Of a stretch of 64,000 bases of DNA, positions 30,253 through 41,000 are shown piece after piece; position 1 is the stretch's first letter; every line of letters starts with the position of its first letter. Under the pieces are notes generated by a model, which did no database searches, was not told where the DNA came from, and saw only the letters and a program-made list of their open reading frames with translations. The stretch comes from Nitrospinaceae bacterium (GTDB lineage Bacteria; Nitrospinota; Nitrospinia; Nitrospinales; Nitrospinaceae). A program made the position numbers and the translations under genes. The stretch is from contig OZ250172.1 in the NCBI GenBank assembly GCA_965237905.1, positions 2,144,001 through 2,208,000 of the forward strand, written 5' to 3'.

Positions 30253-31221
30253 TCACCGCTGTTGGCGGAGTTTGGGGTTATAGGCTTCGCGCAATCCCTC
30301 GCCGCACAGGTTGAACGCCAGCACCACGAACAGGATGGTGAAGCCCGGAATGAACGTCAGCCACGGCGCATCAAAGATGTAACCTTTGCCGTCGGACAGA
30401 ATATTTCCCCACGTTGCGTCCGGCGGTTGCACGCCGAAGCCGAGAAAACTGAGGGCCGACTCGGTCAGGATCGCCGTTGCCACGCCGATGGTGGCGGACA
30501 CCAGCACCGGCGCGATGGCGTTGGGCACGATGTGTTGAAAGATGATGCGCATTTCCGGGATGGCCTGACTGCGTGCGGCCATCACATAATCCTGTTCGCG
30601 CAGGGACAAAAACTCGGCGCGCACCAGACGCGCGGTGCCCATCCAGCTGGTGAGGCCGATAACGATCATAATGTTATAGATGCTGGGCGGTAATAACGCA
30701 ACCACCGTTAAAATCAAAAAGAAGGTGGGGAAGCACAGCATGAGGTCGACGAACCGCATGATCAATGTGTCGACAGTAATGAGTCCCAACCGGATGCGGC
30801 CGTAAAACCCCGCCAGTCCGCCCAGCAGAATGCCGACGAAAACCGAAATGCCCACGGCCACGAAACCGATGGTGAGGGACACCGGGGTGCCCTCCAGCAT
30901 ACGCGAAAACACATCGCGCCCCAGCTCATCGGTGCCCAACAGGTAGATGCCGAAGGGAGGCGCGTCTTCCGGTTGGACGAGATCACTTTTAAACGGCGTC
31001 ATGGGCTGTAGGAACTTTTCCGACAGACGCACGGTGGCCGGATTGAAAGGCGGGCTGTATTGAGTCAGAAGTACTGCGGCAATGGATAGAATCAACAGAA
31101 AAACCAGAAACCACAGACTGAACACGGCGCCCCGGTTCTTTCGAAAGAGATTCCACTTTTCGCGAAACGGGCTGATCTGCAGTTCCGTCAAAGGTCCGCC
31201 GCTTTGTTCCACTAGTTCCAT
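30253..31221 (-). CDS. Peptide ABC transporter permease (OppC/DppC-like)
   Basis: LGTDELGRD, EAA-like loop, ESALSFLGFG, WGNIL. Confidence 0.92.
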   Translation of the reverse strand: MELVEQSGGPLTELQISPFREKWNLFRKNRGAVFSLWFLVFLLILSIAAVLLTQYSPPFNPATVRLSEKFLQPMTPFKSDLVQPEDAPPFGIYLLGTDELGRDVFSRMLEGTPVSLTIGFVAVGISVFVGILLGGLAGFYGRIRLGLITVDTLIMRFVDLMLCFPTFFLILTVVALLPPSIYNIMIVIGLTSWMGTARLVRAEFLSLREQDYVMAARSQAIPEMRIIFQHIVPNAIAPVLVSATIGVATAILTESALSFLGFGVQPPDATWGNILSDGKGYIFDAPWLTFIPGFTILFVVLAFNLCGEGLREAYNPKLRQQR

Positions 31222-31231
31222 AGGTTCCTCA

Positions 31232-32194
31232 CTACTGCAATTTGATTCTCGGGTCCGCCACCGCGTACAAAATGTCCGATACAAAAGTTCCGATCAAAGT
31301 CAGAATGGCGGTGATGAAGTTCAGAGTTAAGATGACGGGAAAATCCCGGTTGAGAATAGCCTCGAATCCCAGTCGTCCCAATCCCGGCCAGGAGAAAATT
31401 TGCTCAATGATCACGGACCCTCCGATGAGGCCGGGAATCATCAGGCCGAACATGGTGATGAAGGGCAATAGCGCATTGCGCAGGCCATGTTTGTAAATCA
31501 CCACTTCCTCCGACAATCCCTTGGCGCGGGCGGTGCGGATGTAATCCATGTGAATGACTTCCAGCATCTGCGACCGAACATAGCGGGACAGCACAGCGAT
31601 CATCCCAGACGCGAAGATCAGTGCAGGAATCGTGAGGTGCCAGATGCGGTCCATCGATTGAAACCACGGACCCGCGTCTTCCAGTCCGAAAGTGCTTATG
31701 CCGATCACCGGAACGTCGAATACCTTCACCACCCCAATGATGCAAATATATGCCAGGAAAAATCCCGGAAAAGAAATAAAGATGTAGGAGAGTAATGTGC
31801 CTCCCCGGTCTAACAGCGAGCCGCGCCGCAACGCTGATTGGATTCCAATAGGAAACGCGATGCACCAGGTGATCAGGGTGGTCACCAGAAACAGCGGCAG
31901 GGAGTTGAGAAACCGGCCCCATATTTTTTCGAGGACGGGCTGGTTGTCTTTGAACGATTTGAGTTGGCCGGTGAACAGGTCCCGCATCCAGTAGGCGTAT
32001 TGTGCGTACAGGGGATCGTCCAGATGGAATGCGGCGCGGATGCGGGCGATGTCCTCCGGTTTCATGCGCGGGTTGGACGGGTCCACCAGGCTGGGGTCGC
32101 CGGGCGCGAGGTGGACCACCGAATGCGCGATGATCGAGATGAACACCAGCAGGATCAGCCGTTGGCCTATGTTGCGTACCAGAAATGCGGTCAT
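31232..32194 (-). CDS. Peptide ABC transporter permease (OppB/DppB-like)
   Basis: PGDP, DYIRTARAKGL, KHGLRNALLP, EQIFSWPGLG, DPRI. Confidence 0.93.
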   Translation of the reverse strand: MTAFLVRNIGQRLILLVFISIIAHSVVHLAPGDPSLVDPSNPRMKPEDIARIRAAFHLDDPLYAQYAYWMRDLFTGQLKSFKDNQPVLEKIWGRFLNSLPLFLVTTLITWCIAFPIGIQSALRRGSLLDRGGTLLSYIFISFPGFFLAYICIIGVVKVFDVPVIGISTFGLEDAGPWFQSMDRIWHLTIPALIFASGMIAVLSRYVRSQMLEVIHMDYIRTARAKGLSEEVVIYKHGLRNALLPFITMFGLMIPGLIGGSVIIEQIFSWPGLGRLGFEAILNRDFPVILTLNFITAILTLIGTFVSDILYAVADPRIKLQ

Positions 32195-32219
32195 GGATTG
32201 GTTTCTTCCGTATGGGTTC

Positions 32220-32228
32220 TGCTATAAT
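32220..32228 (+). promoter_or_regulatory. Extended -10 promoter (TGCTATAAT), probably giving a leaderless Nif3 mRNA
   Basis: TGnTATAAT ends 7 nt before ATG 32236; no SD. Confidence 0.55.
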
Positions 32229-32235
32229 TCGTCGC

Positions 32236-32985
32236 ATGGACATTATACAGATCGCCCGCTACCTCGACCAGCTATTGGATATCGAAAACATCAAGGACTC
32301 GCCCCGCGCAGTGAATGGCCTGCAGGTGCAGAATAAAGGAGCCATCCGCAAGGTGGGCCTGGCGGTGGATGCGTGCCAGGCGACAATCGAAATGGCCATC
32401 AAGCGCGACTGCCAGATGATGTTCGTTCATCACGGGATTTTCTGGGGCGGCCTGCAACCCGTGCAGGGACCGCATTACGACAAACTGTCGGCGATGATCC
32501 GGGCCGACCTGGGGCTGTACTCAGCCCACCTGCCACTGGACATGCACCCTGTCCTCGGCAACAACCGCGCGTTGGCGGACAAGATCGGCCTCGAACATGC
32601 GGAAGTGTTTGGCGAATACGAAGGCCAACTCATCGGCCTCAAAGGCAAGGTGAAGCGGCAATCCGCAAAGAAACTGGGACAGACCCTCGAAAAACAATTG
32701 GGCGCTCCGGTGAAAGTGATCGGCGACGGCGACGTGGAGCGGGTCGGGCTGGTCACCGGCGGCGCGGGGGATATCGTCGGCCAGGCGGTGAAGGAGGGGC
32801 TCGACTGCTACATCACCGGCGAGGGTGAGAATCATCAGTATCACGAAGCGATCGAAGGCGGATGCGTGCTCATGTTCGCCGGCCACTACGCAACCGAGAC
32901 TGGCGGCGTCCAAGCCGTCGGCAAACACCTCGAACAACAATTCGGCCTCGCTACCGAATTCCTCGATTACCCGACGGGTCTCTAA
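32236..32985 (+). CDS. Nif3/YbgI-family dinuclear metal protein
   Basis: NGLQV, HHGIFW, HLPLDMHPVLGNN, TGE, GHYATE. Confidence 0.93.
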   Translation: MDIIQIARYLDQLLDIENIKDSPRAVNGLQVQNKGAIRKVGLAVDACQATIEMAIKRDCQMMFVHHGIFWGGLQPVQGPHYDKLSAMIRADLGLYSAHLPLDMHPVLGNNRALADKIGLEHAEVFGEYEGQLIGLKGKVKRQSAKKLGQTLEKQLGAPVKVIGDGDVERVGLVTGGAGDIVGQAVKEGLDCYITGEGENHQYHEAIEGGCVLMFAGHYATETGGVQAVGKHLEQQFGLATEFLDYPTGL

Positions 32986-33148
32986 AAACTATTTTTTAGC
33001 CAAGATTGCAGGATGGAAGAGATAAGAAAAACGGCCTCTTTGTGCTGATGTTGGCTTAGACTATAAGCGTCTCCTCAGAGAGCAATCAAATTTTTTCATA
33101 AGCTGATTTTCTGCGAAATCAATACTCGTAATAAAGAAAGAGAATCGA

Positions 33149-34615
33149 TTGCTTTTTAACTCACATATTTTTATCTTCCTTTTTTTGCCAGTGACGCTGA
33201 TAGTTTTCTTTGCCATTGGCAAGCGCGGACACCATAAAATCGCCATCTCATGGCTGGTGGGGGCTTCTCTCTTTTTTTATGGCTGGTGGAATCCTGCCTA
33301 TCTCGGTTTGATCCTGGGTTCCATGCTCTTCAATTACGCAATCGGTGTGGCCTTAAGTAATCATGGGAGGGAATCCTCAAAAACAGGGCTACTGGTTTTT
33401 GGTATTGCGGCCAACCTTGGAGTGCTGGGATATTTCAAGTATGCGAATTTTTTCGTCAACAATTTGAACTCAGCCATTGGCACGGACTTTCATTTAGAGA
33501 CCATCATTCTTCCACTCGCCATCTCCTTTTTCACCTTCCAGCAAATCACCTATCTTGTGGATTCGTATAAGAGAGAAACCCAGGAACCTGACTTCCTTCG
33601 ATATTGTTTGTTTGTGACCTTTTTCCCTCAGCTTATTGCGGGTCCGATTGTTCATCATAAAGAAATGATTCCCCAGTATGCGAAGGATCGTATCTATTCC
33701 CCGAACCAGGAGTATCTGGCTACCGGGGTTACTATTTTCATTATCGGGCTGTTCAAGAAAGTTGTTCTTGCAGATGGCATTGCGGCGTATGCGACGCCTG
33801 TTTTTAATGCGGCAGAGGTGGGAACTGCGCTCACTTTCTTCGAAGCATGGATTGGAGCACTGGCCTATACTTTCCAGCTCTATTTTGATTTCTCCGGCTA
33901 CTCCGATATGGCCATCGGGTTGGGTAGAATGTTTGGAATTCGGTTGCCGTTGAATTTCAATTCGCCGTATAAAGCCAAAAATATTATAGAATTCTGGCGG
34001 TGTTGGCATATGACACTGTCCCGCTTCCTGAAGGATTATCTTTACATTCCCCTTGGCGGGAATAGAAAAGGAACAGTAAGACGATATACCAATATAATGA
34101 TAACGATGCTTCTGGGAGGGCTGTGGCATGGCGCTGGATGGACGTTTGTCGTATGGGGGGCTTTGCATGGATTGTATCTTTTAATAAACCATGGTTGGCA
34201 TGCTTTACGTCGAAGTCTGGGACATGATCTGAAAAGAACATCGCGGTTCGGGCGTGGAACGGCTCAGATCGTCACTTTTACCGCGATCGTTATCGGTTGG
34301 GTGTTTTTCAGGGCGGAGACCTTCGATGGGTCGATTAATATACTGTCAGCAATGTTTGGAGGGAACGGCATTTCTTTTGATGGGATGTTTTTAAACAATG
34401 TCCTTGCTGATCCACTGTTAGGGATTGGCATGATCCTGGTTCTATTTTTAATTGCATGGTATGCACCCAACAGTGCCGAATATGTACTGGGGGGTCCAAG
34501 AAACACTTTTGTCTGGAAGCCAACCTTTAAACATGCCGTTTTGATAGCAACAATGTTCTGCGTCAGCTTCTTTCATGTAAAAGGCTATTCCGAGTTTCTG
34601 TATTTTCAATTTTAA
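33149..34615 (+). CDS. MBOAT O-acyltransferase (AlgI/DltB-like)
   Basis: MLFNS, LPLAISFFTFQQITY, FFPQLIAGPI, DFSGYSDMAIG, GLWHGAGW, FLYFQF. Confidence 0.95.
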   Translation: MLFNSHIFIFLFLPVTLIVFFAIGKRGHHKIAISWLVGASLFFYGWWNPAYLGLILGSMLFNYAIGVALSNHGRESSKTGLLVFGIAANLGVLGYFKYANFFVNNLNSAIGTDFHLETIILPLAISFFTFQQITYLVDSYKRETQEPDFLRYCLFVTFFPQLIAGPIVHHKEMIPQYAKDRIYSPNQEYLATGVTIFIIGLFKKVVLADGIAAYATPVFNAAEVGTALTFFEAWIGALAYTFQLYFDFSGYSDMAIGLGRMFGIRLPLNFNSPYKAKNIIEFWRCWHMTLSRFLKDYLYIPLGGNRKGTVRRYTNIMITMLLGGLWHGAGWTFVVWGALHGLYLLINHGWHALRRSLGHDLKRTSRFGRGTAQIVTFTAIVIGWVFFRAETFDGSINILSAMFGGNGISFDGMFLNNVLADPLLGIGMILVLFLIAWYAPNSAEYVLGGPRNTFVWKPTFKHAVLIATMFCVSFFHVKGYSEFLYFQF

Positions 34616-34636
34616 ATTTTATTTGAGAACGTGTAA

Positions 34637-35752
34637 ATGCAAACAGCCGCATCCTCAAGAGAATACGCAAAATACAACGCCCTCGTATTTGTTATGAGTT
34701 TTGCGGTGCTGTCGGCCGTGGTTTTTTCTATTATTCAAATAACAGATGATTATAAAGACGGTCACGCGCTTATCGATAAGGCCGTTCATTGGCAGTCGCT
34801 CACCAAAGGAACGGTTGGGTTATCAAGCAAGAAAATGACTGCATTCAAGATTTTGTCGGGGCGGATTTATCTTGATAAAAATAATGTCAACACTTTAGTG
34901 CTTGGGTCTTCTACCATGATGGGTATTCGTGATGAAATATTTCCGAAAGGTTTGAAGGTATATAACTATAGCAAGAATTTTAATCCTCTAAAGAAGACCA
35001 TTGGAGAAGCTTACTATTTTGTAGGGCGATACGATAATGTTAAGTGGGTTATTATAGGGCTGGATTTTAGTTTAGGAATGGTGTTCGAGGATTTTAAAAT
35101 AGTAAAATATAATGCTGATGTGGAAGATGAAGAGGTTTCTTTTAGTGATATTTTTGCTGATGCGATTACCCTGTCCCGGCTGAAGATCACATTAAAAAAT
35201 ATTCGGGCGGATCTATTTTCAGGCAAAAGGGGATACTCATGCCCTGAAAATGACGGAATGGGTGGAGACTTCGGAGCTGTCCTGGCGCCCCGCCGGTGTA
35301 ACGGACTTCGCTATGATGGGAGCGCGACTTTCAATTACCGTAGGATGAATCAAGCGCAATGGAAACGTCGATTAAGCGAAAATGGTTTGAGTTGGTATAT
35401 CAACAAGCTGGAGCAATCAGGAGAAGAAGTGAACGAGAATTATTTAAAGCATCTTAGGATAATCAACGATATATTAATGAGCCGGTCAGGGGGGTTGATA
35501 ATGGTTTCCCCACCGCTAATGCCTAATGCGGAAAACATAATATTAAAAAGCGCGGCGGGCAAGTACCTGGAAAATTATAAAAAAGAGATCAATCGTTTGG
35601 CGTCGTTGAATAAGATAAGATTTATTGATGCCGGAAAGTCTGAGGAGTATGGATGTGTTCCTGAGGAATTTTATGACGCTCATCATGCTTTAGCTCAATG
35701 CTATTCTAAAATATTTGACCGGTTTTTTAAAAATAACAGAGATGTTTTTTAA
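34637..35752 (+). CDS. SGNH-like (DltD/AlgJ-like) MBOAT partner
   Basis: N-terminal TM, LVLGSST, FYDAHH (DxxH); directly downstream of the MBOAT gene; AT-rich. Confidence 0.65.
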   Translation: MQTAASSREYAKYNALVFVMSFAVLSAVVFSIIQITDDYKDGHALIDKAVHWQSLTKGTVGLSSKKMTAFKILSGRIYLDKNNVNTLVLGSSTMMGIRDEIFPKGLKVYNYSKNFNPLKKTIGEAYYFVGRYDNVKWVIIGLDFSLGMVFEDFKIVKYNADVEDEEVSFSDIFADAITLSRLKITLKNIRADLFSGKRGYSCPENDGMGGDFGAVLAPRRCNGLRYDGSATFNYRRMNQAQWKRRLSENGLSWYINKLEQSGEEVNENYLKHLRIINDILMSRSGGLIMVSPPLMPNAENIILKSAAGKYLENYKKEINRLASLNKIRFIDAGKSEEYGCVPEEFYDAHHALAQCYSKIFDRFFKNNRDVF

Positions 35753-35834
35753 GCGCGTTGTGGGTGTTTTCTGAGATGAGTGTCCGTGGTCTTTTGATTT
35801 TCCGGCGCATAAAAAATAACTGCATGGGTTTGAG

Positions 35835-35949
35835 CATATTCGCCGTCCACTATGCGACGGAGACCGGCGGCGTGCAAGCCGTCGGCAAACACCTCGAACA
35901 ACAGTTTGGCCTTGAGACTGAATTCCTCGATTACCCGACAGGTTTGTGA
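35835..35949 (+). pseudogene. Displaced duplicate of the Nif3 gene 3' end
   Basis: Matches 32871-32985 with 17 mismatches over 38 codons (hand count). Confidence 0.9.
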
Positions 35950-36154
35950 AAATATTCCTTCCCAGAATCTGGATTCTCCGTTGCCCTCTGACTTCTGAAA
36001 AGGAAGAACAGAGTCACGCCTCTTTTTTTAACCACCCTATTTTCCCTTTTTCCAGTTGTTTTTCATCGCTAAAACATTGCCCAGCTGGGGCGAAATAATA
36101 AGTTGTCATCCGGTCTTCCTCCTTTTATCCTGAGTGCATACAAAGGAGAATTTT

Positions 36155-36985
36155 ATGAAGAAATTTTTTATCGGGATAATATTTATTCTATTGGCCAGTG
36201 CGGTTGCATTGGGCGTTAACCACTTTGTGCAACCTGATTCTAATGACGATGCAATAGAAGCTCACTTGGATAAGGATTTCTCAAAGGTATTTAAAATGAC
36301 CAAGGTACTGGCAGAAAAGGGAAATACCACATCGCAATTCGAACTGGGAGTTATGTATGATGGTGGCGAAGGAGTTGCTCAGGATTTCAAAGAAGCAGCA
36401 AAGTGGTATCGCAAAGCTGGAGAGAAAGGGCATGTCTCAAGTCAATACAATCTTGGAGTTATGTATCAAGATGGCGAAGGAGTTGCTCAGGATTTCAAGG
36501 AAACGTTGAAATGGTACCACAAAGCAGCAGAGCAGGGACATGCTGTTGCCCAAAACAATCTTGGGGTGTTGTATTACGGAGGAGAAGGTATTGCCGGGGA
36601 TCACAAGAAAGCCTTTAAGTGGTTTCGGAAGGCTGCCGAGCAAGGGAATATTCCTTCCCAATTTCATCTTGCTTTTATGTATGACGAAGGCGAAGGTGTT
36701 GCTGAGGATAAAAGAGAAGCGGTGAAGTGGTACCTCAAGGCTGCCGAGCAAGGAAATGCTCTTTCCCAACTCACCCTTGCAACGATGTATAAAGAGGGTC
36801 GCGGTGTCCCTCAAAATAATAAGGAAGCTGCGAAATGGTACAGGAAGGCTGCCGAGCAAGGAAATGCTCTTGCCCAACTCATCCTTGCAGAGATGTATAA
36901 AGAGGGACGCGGCGTTCCTAAAGACAAGAATAAAGCTGCAAAGTGGTACCGAAAGGCTATCGAGCAGAGGAGTGTTCAAAACTAG
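36155..36985 (+). CDS. Exported Sel1-repeat protein
   Basis: Hydrophobic N-terminus, about six 36-aa Sel1 repeats; SD AAGGAG. Confidence 0.92.
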   Translation: MKKFFIGIIFILLASAVALGVNHFVQPDSNDDAIEAHLDKDFSKVFKMTKVLAEKGNTTSQFELGVMYDGGEGVAQDFKEAAKWYRKAGEKGHVSSQYNLGVMYQDGEGVAQDFKETLKWYHKAAEQGHAVAQNNLGVLYYGGEGIAGDHKKAFKWFRKAAEQGNIPSQFHLAFMYDEGEGVAEDKREAVKWYLKAAEQGNALSQLTLATMYKEGRGVPQNNKEAAKWYRKAAEQGNALAQLILAEMYKEGRGVPKDKNKAAKWYRKAIEQRSVQN

Positions 36986-37067
36986 TGCAGGCAGAGTCGA
37001 ATGTTTGAAAAAGACGAAGGTATTCCCCAAAGTAAAACGGAGATAATTGAATTTTGTAGAGAGAGGA

Positions 37068-37919
37068 TTAGAAGCTAAACCGGTATTTGTCGAACAGTTC
37101 CATCGAGACTACGGTGACGTCTTCTTTTTTGACTTCGGCCTCGATGCGTTTGATGGCCATCTCCCGGATGAAGGGGATGGGGATTTTCATGACCTTGGCC
37201 TTGGCGTCGTCCTGCCAGGTCAATTCGAAATCCGGCTCCTCGTCCTGCTGTGCATCGTAATCGACGTCCCTCTGCTTGTCTTCTTCCGTCACTTCCATGC
37301 CCATCGCTTCTTTCGCGGAGGCGGGCATGACGTTGCTGAACACTTCATCGATGATATCGGGGGTGATCATTTTATCGCCCCGCTGACGGGCGCGGCCTTC
37401 GATGGTCTGCTTGGCCATGCCGAGCACAAACGGCGGCACCTTCTCCATTTTCTCCATGGCTTCCTGGGACCACGGCATGCCGCTGGTCGGGGCGGTTTCC
37501 ATATAATTTTTGAACTTGTCAACGATGTCTTCCTTCTTCTCGGTGCGCAGGGAGAGGAAGTCCTGAATTTCCTCGATGACCTCCACCTTGCGCGGGCTCT
37601 CAGCCATTTTCTGTTTGGCGACGTCGAACGCGCCCATCGACAGCTCCTCGAAGCCAAACTGCTTGACGCGCTTGGAGACCAGCATCATCGACTCGTTGCG
37701 GATTTCCGTAAGGAAGTCGGAGGTGATGTATTTGAAGTTGCGCTTGACCGCGCGCTGGACCATGACCTTGCGGATGCCGGGCCTCACGAATTCCGGCGCG
37801 TGCTTGACCCGCTCCCAGGCCTCGACGGTCCACTCCACGCCCATTTCGTCGGCGTAGGGATGGTCGACGCGGTCCGATTCGGCGATTTCCTTTTCGTGTG
37901 CGGTATAATCCTCGGCCAT
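37068..37919 (-). CDS. Protein with three PCP_red-like (BchB C-terminal-type) domains
   Basis: Three W-[TSQ]-x-[ED]-A...P-x-F...[IV]T/S repeats; SD AAGGA. Confidence 0.75.
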   Translation of the reverse strand: MAEDYTAHEKEIAESDRVDHPYADEMGVEWTVEAWERVKHAPEFVRPGIRKVMVQRAVKRNFKYITSDFLTEIRNESMMLVSKRVKQFGFEELSMGAFDVAKQKMAESPRKVEVIEEIQDFLSLRTEKKEDIVDKFKNYMETAPTSGMPWSQEAMEKMEKVPPFVLGMAKQTIEGRARQRGDKMITPDIIDEVFSNVMPASAKEAMGMEVTEEDKQRDVDYDAQQDEEPDFELTWQDDAKAKVMKIPIPFIREMAIKRIEAEVKKEDVTVVSMELFDKYRFSF

Positions 37920-38046
37920 ACTGCAATTCCTTCCGGTTCGGGCTTGGCAAACCCCGCATTTTGATTTATGGTTGGTCAGGCTTTCCCTGTCCATAAAACT
38001 ACTGAAACACCGGTTTAATGTCAATCCATTTAAGGGATTTTTGAAC

Positions 38047-41000
38047 GTGACGACTCCTGCCCAGCCCTCACGGCTGGTTTACCTCTATTTCTTCATTTCC
38101 GGGATCACCGCACTGGTCTACGAGATCATCTGGACGCGCCAGCTGACGCTGGTGTTCGGGCACACAGTATACTCGGTATCCATTGTTCTATCAGCGTTTA
38201 TGGCGGGGCTGGGGTTCGGCAGTTACGTCTGGGGCCACATGATCGACCGGGCGGTGGCGAAGCAGGAGGAGACTCCCCCCTTGCTCGTGTATGGGAGGAT
38301 CGAAATCCTCATTTTTGCGGCCAGCGCCGTGTTGTCGCTGATCTTCTCGGAATTTCATGTGGTGTACGCGTGGATGCACCGCTGGTTGCCGGAATCGCCG
38401 GCGCTGTTCAACGCCGTCAAGGCGGTACTGGCGTTTCTTCTGATGTTCATCCCAACGACATTTATGGGTGCGACCCTGCCGATCATCAGCAAATATTACG
38501 TGACCGACAACACCCGCCTCGGCACGCAGATCGGATATTTGTATTCCATCAACACCCTGGGCGCGGCGGTGGGATGCGTGTTGACCGGCTTTATATTCAT
38601 TTCCACGTTCGGGGTTCTACAGACGGCGTTGTTCGCATCCTGCGTCAACCTCATCATCGGTATCGGCTGTATCCGCATTTACCAGGAAGAACATCCCGGT
38701 GAAAAAGTGCCGTGGCGTCTGCCTAAAATTGAGTGGCCTTCGATGACACTGAGTGCCGAACAAAAAAAGTGGATGGGCATCAGTTTTGTCTGTGGTTTTA
38801 CCGCACTAGCGTATGAAGTGTTGTGGACGCGCTTGCTCGTGTTCAGTATCGCCAGCACGGTGTACTCCTTCAGCCTGATGCTGGCGGTGTTCCTGCTCGG
38901 CATTGGCATCGGCAGTCTGGTGGTGGTGCCGCTGATGGCGCGTGTCTCTTCTTTACGAACTGTATTGATTGCTCTGCAGGCGGGCATCGGTGTTTATGTG
39001 CTGTTCACGTTATTTTCGATGGAGAGTCTGCTGTCCGCCCCGTGGAACAGTTACAATCTGACAAATCCCGGCAAAACCTTTCTCCATTATTTTAAAGACT
39101 CAGCGACGTTGATGCTATTGCCGGCGTTGCTGTTCGGGATGAATTTCCCGGTGCTCATCAAACTGGCGGCAGGGGGACACGAGCATGTCGGTCGCGGCAC
39201 CGGCCAGATTTATTCGGCGAACACGCTGGGCGCCATCTTCGGTTCCCTCGTGGCCGGGTTTGTGCTCCTGCCCTGGCTGGGAACGGAAAAAAGCCTGATC
39301 GTGGTGGCGACGCTCAATTTGTTGATGGTGCCGCTGTTGTTCGGCACCGGCAATTATGCGACGCCCATGTTGCGCAGGGGAGTGGCGGGGGTGACTGTGG
39401 CGGCGGTGCTCGCGTTAAACATGCTCCTGCCCGGGGACCTGCTCGACCGGTTCTTCATGCGCGACAGCGCCGGCAAGCGGGACTTGAGCAGACTGTTGTA
39501 TTTCGAAGAGGGGCTGACAGATACGGTGGCGGTGTTCGAGGATGAATACGGCATCCTCGATCCCACCGCCAAGCGGCTGATCACCAACGGTATTTCCATG
39601 TCTGCCTCCAACGTGATTGCCACGCGCTACATGAAACTGTTTGCACATGTTCCGATTCTGCTGTCGGAGAACCCGAAAGACGTGATGGTAATCTGTTTTG
39701 GAACGGGGCAGACCACCGGGGCGGCGGGCATTCATCCGCGCGTCGGGCAGGTGGACAGTCTCGAGTTGTCACCGAGCGTTCTCAACGCCGCGTCCTCGTT
39801 CCATATCGAGAACCATGACGTGATGGATAACCCGAAGGTCAATTTTGTTGTGCAGGACGGGCGTAATTTTCTTTTGACCACGCAAAAGCAGTACGACGTG
39901 ATCACTGGCGAGCCGCCTCCGCCGCGCACGGCTTTTACTGTGAATTTATACACGAAGGATTTTTACGAGGCGGCGTTGAGCCGGCTCAAGCCAGGCGGCA
40001 TCATGGCGCAATGGATTCCTCTGCACAGCCAGAGTGCGGAGGAAGTGGACATGCACTTCAAAACCTTCCTGTCGGTGTTTCCTCATGCTATCGCGTGGAT
40101 GTCCGTCGCCAATGAGATATTGATCATCGGGTCCGACCAGCCAATCACCATCGATTTTAAAAAATTAAAGGAACGGATGGCAGAGCCTGCCGTGGCGCAA
40201 GCTCTGCGGGATATTTATATTCCTGATGTCTATAGTCTGCTCAGCAACATCTGGTTTCTGGAAAAGGAAATGCAACGGCTGGCAGAAGGCCGGCCTTTAA
40301 TCACTGACAACCGGCCGCGCATCGAGTTTTATCTCAATTATGGAAAGGTCATCGGGTCCGCCGGACTGGAACGGCTGGTGTTCAACCGGACGCCGGTGGG
40401 AGAGGTCCTCCGGCGCATTTCGGGCATGGAATATGAGGATCAAAAGCGGTTCAAACAGCAGTACCGGGCGATGGGTTTATACCAGCGCGGGGTCATGTAT
40501 TCCAACCGGGGACTGTTGTTGGAGGCCGTTCGGTTGTCCGGCAACAGCGATTTGCCCCGCTATCACCTGCAGGCGGGGAGGGACCTGATCGAACGCCTGC
40601 TGGCTCAGCATAAACAGGAGCCCGACAACCTCGATCTTCTGCTGAATCTGGGTCACGCGTTTTATCAAATAGGGGAGTATGCCCGCAGTGCGGAATATCT
40701 GGAGCAGGGGCTGGCGCGGGAGCCCAGGCAGGGAGTCGCCCAATTGTATTTAGGATACAACCTGATGGAACTGGAGCGGTGGAGCGAGGCGCGGGAGAGG
40801 CTTGAAACGGCGGCCAAAAACGATCCGCGCCAGTTACGGACGATTATGCGCGAGATCGCCTTGATCGAACTGAGAGGCAAGGCAAGGGAGAAACCGGAAG
40901 ACCTGGATCTGTTGAATGCCCTGGCACAGTTTTACAATATGAAGAATGATTACGGGAAGTCCCTCGAATATTCCAACCGGGTTCTGGAAAACGATCCCAT

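Noticed and set aside
35758..35949. 63-aa ORF as a functional small protein
   Set aside because: Its C-terminal part is the displaced Nif3 tail and the N-terminal part looks like chance open frame
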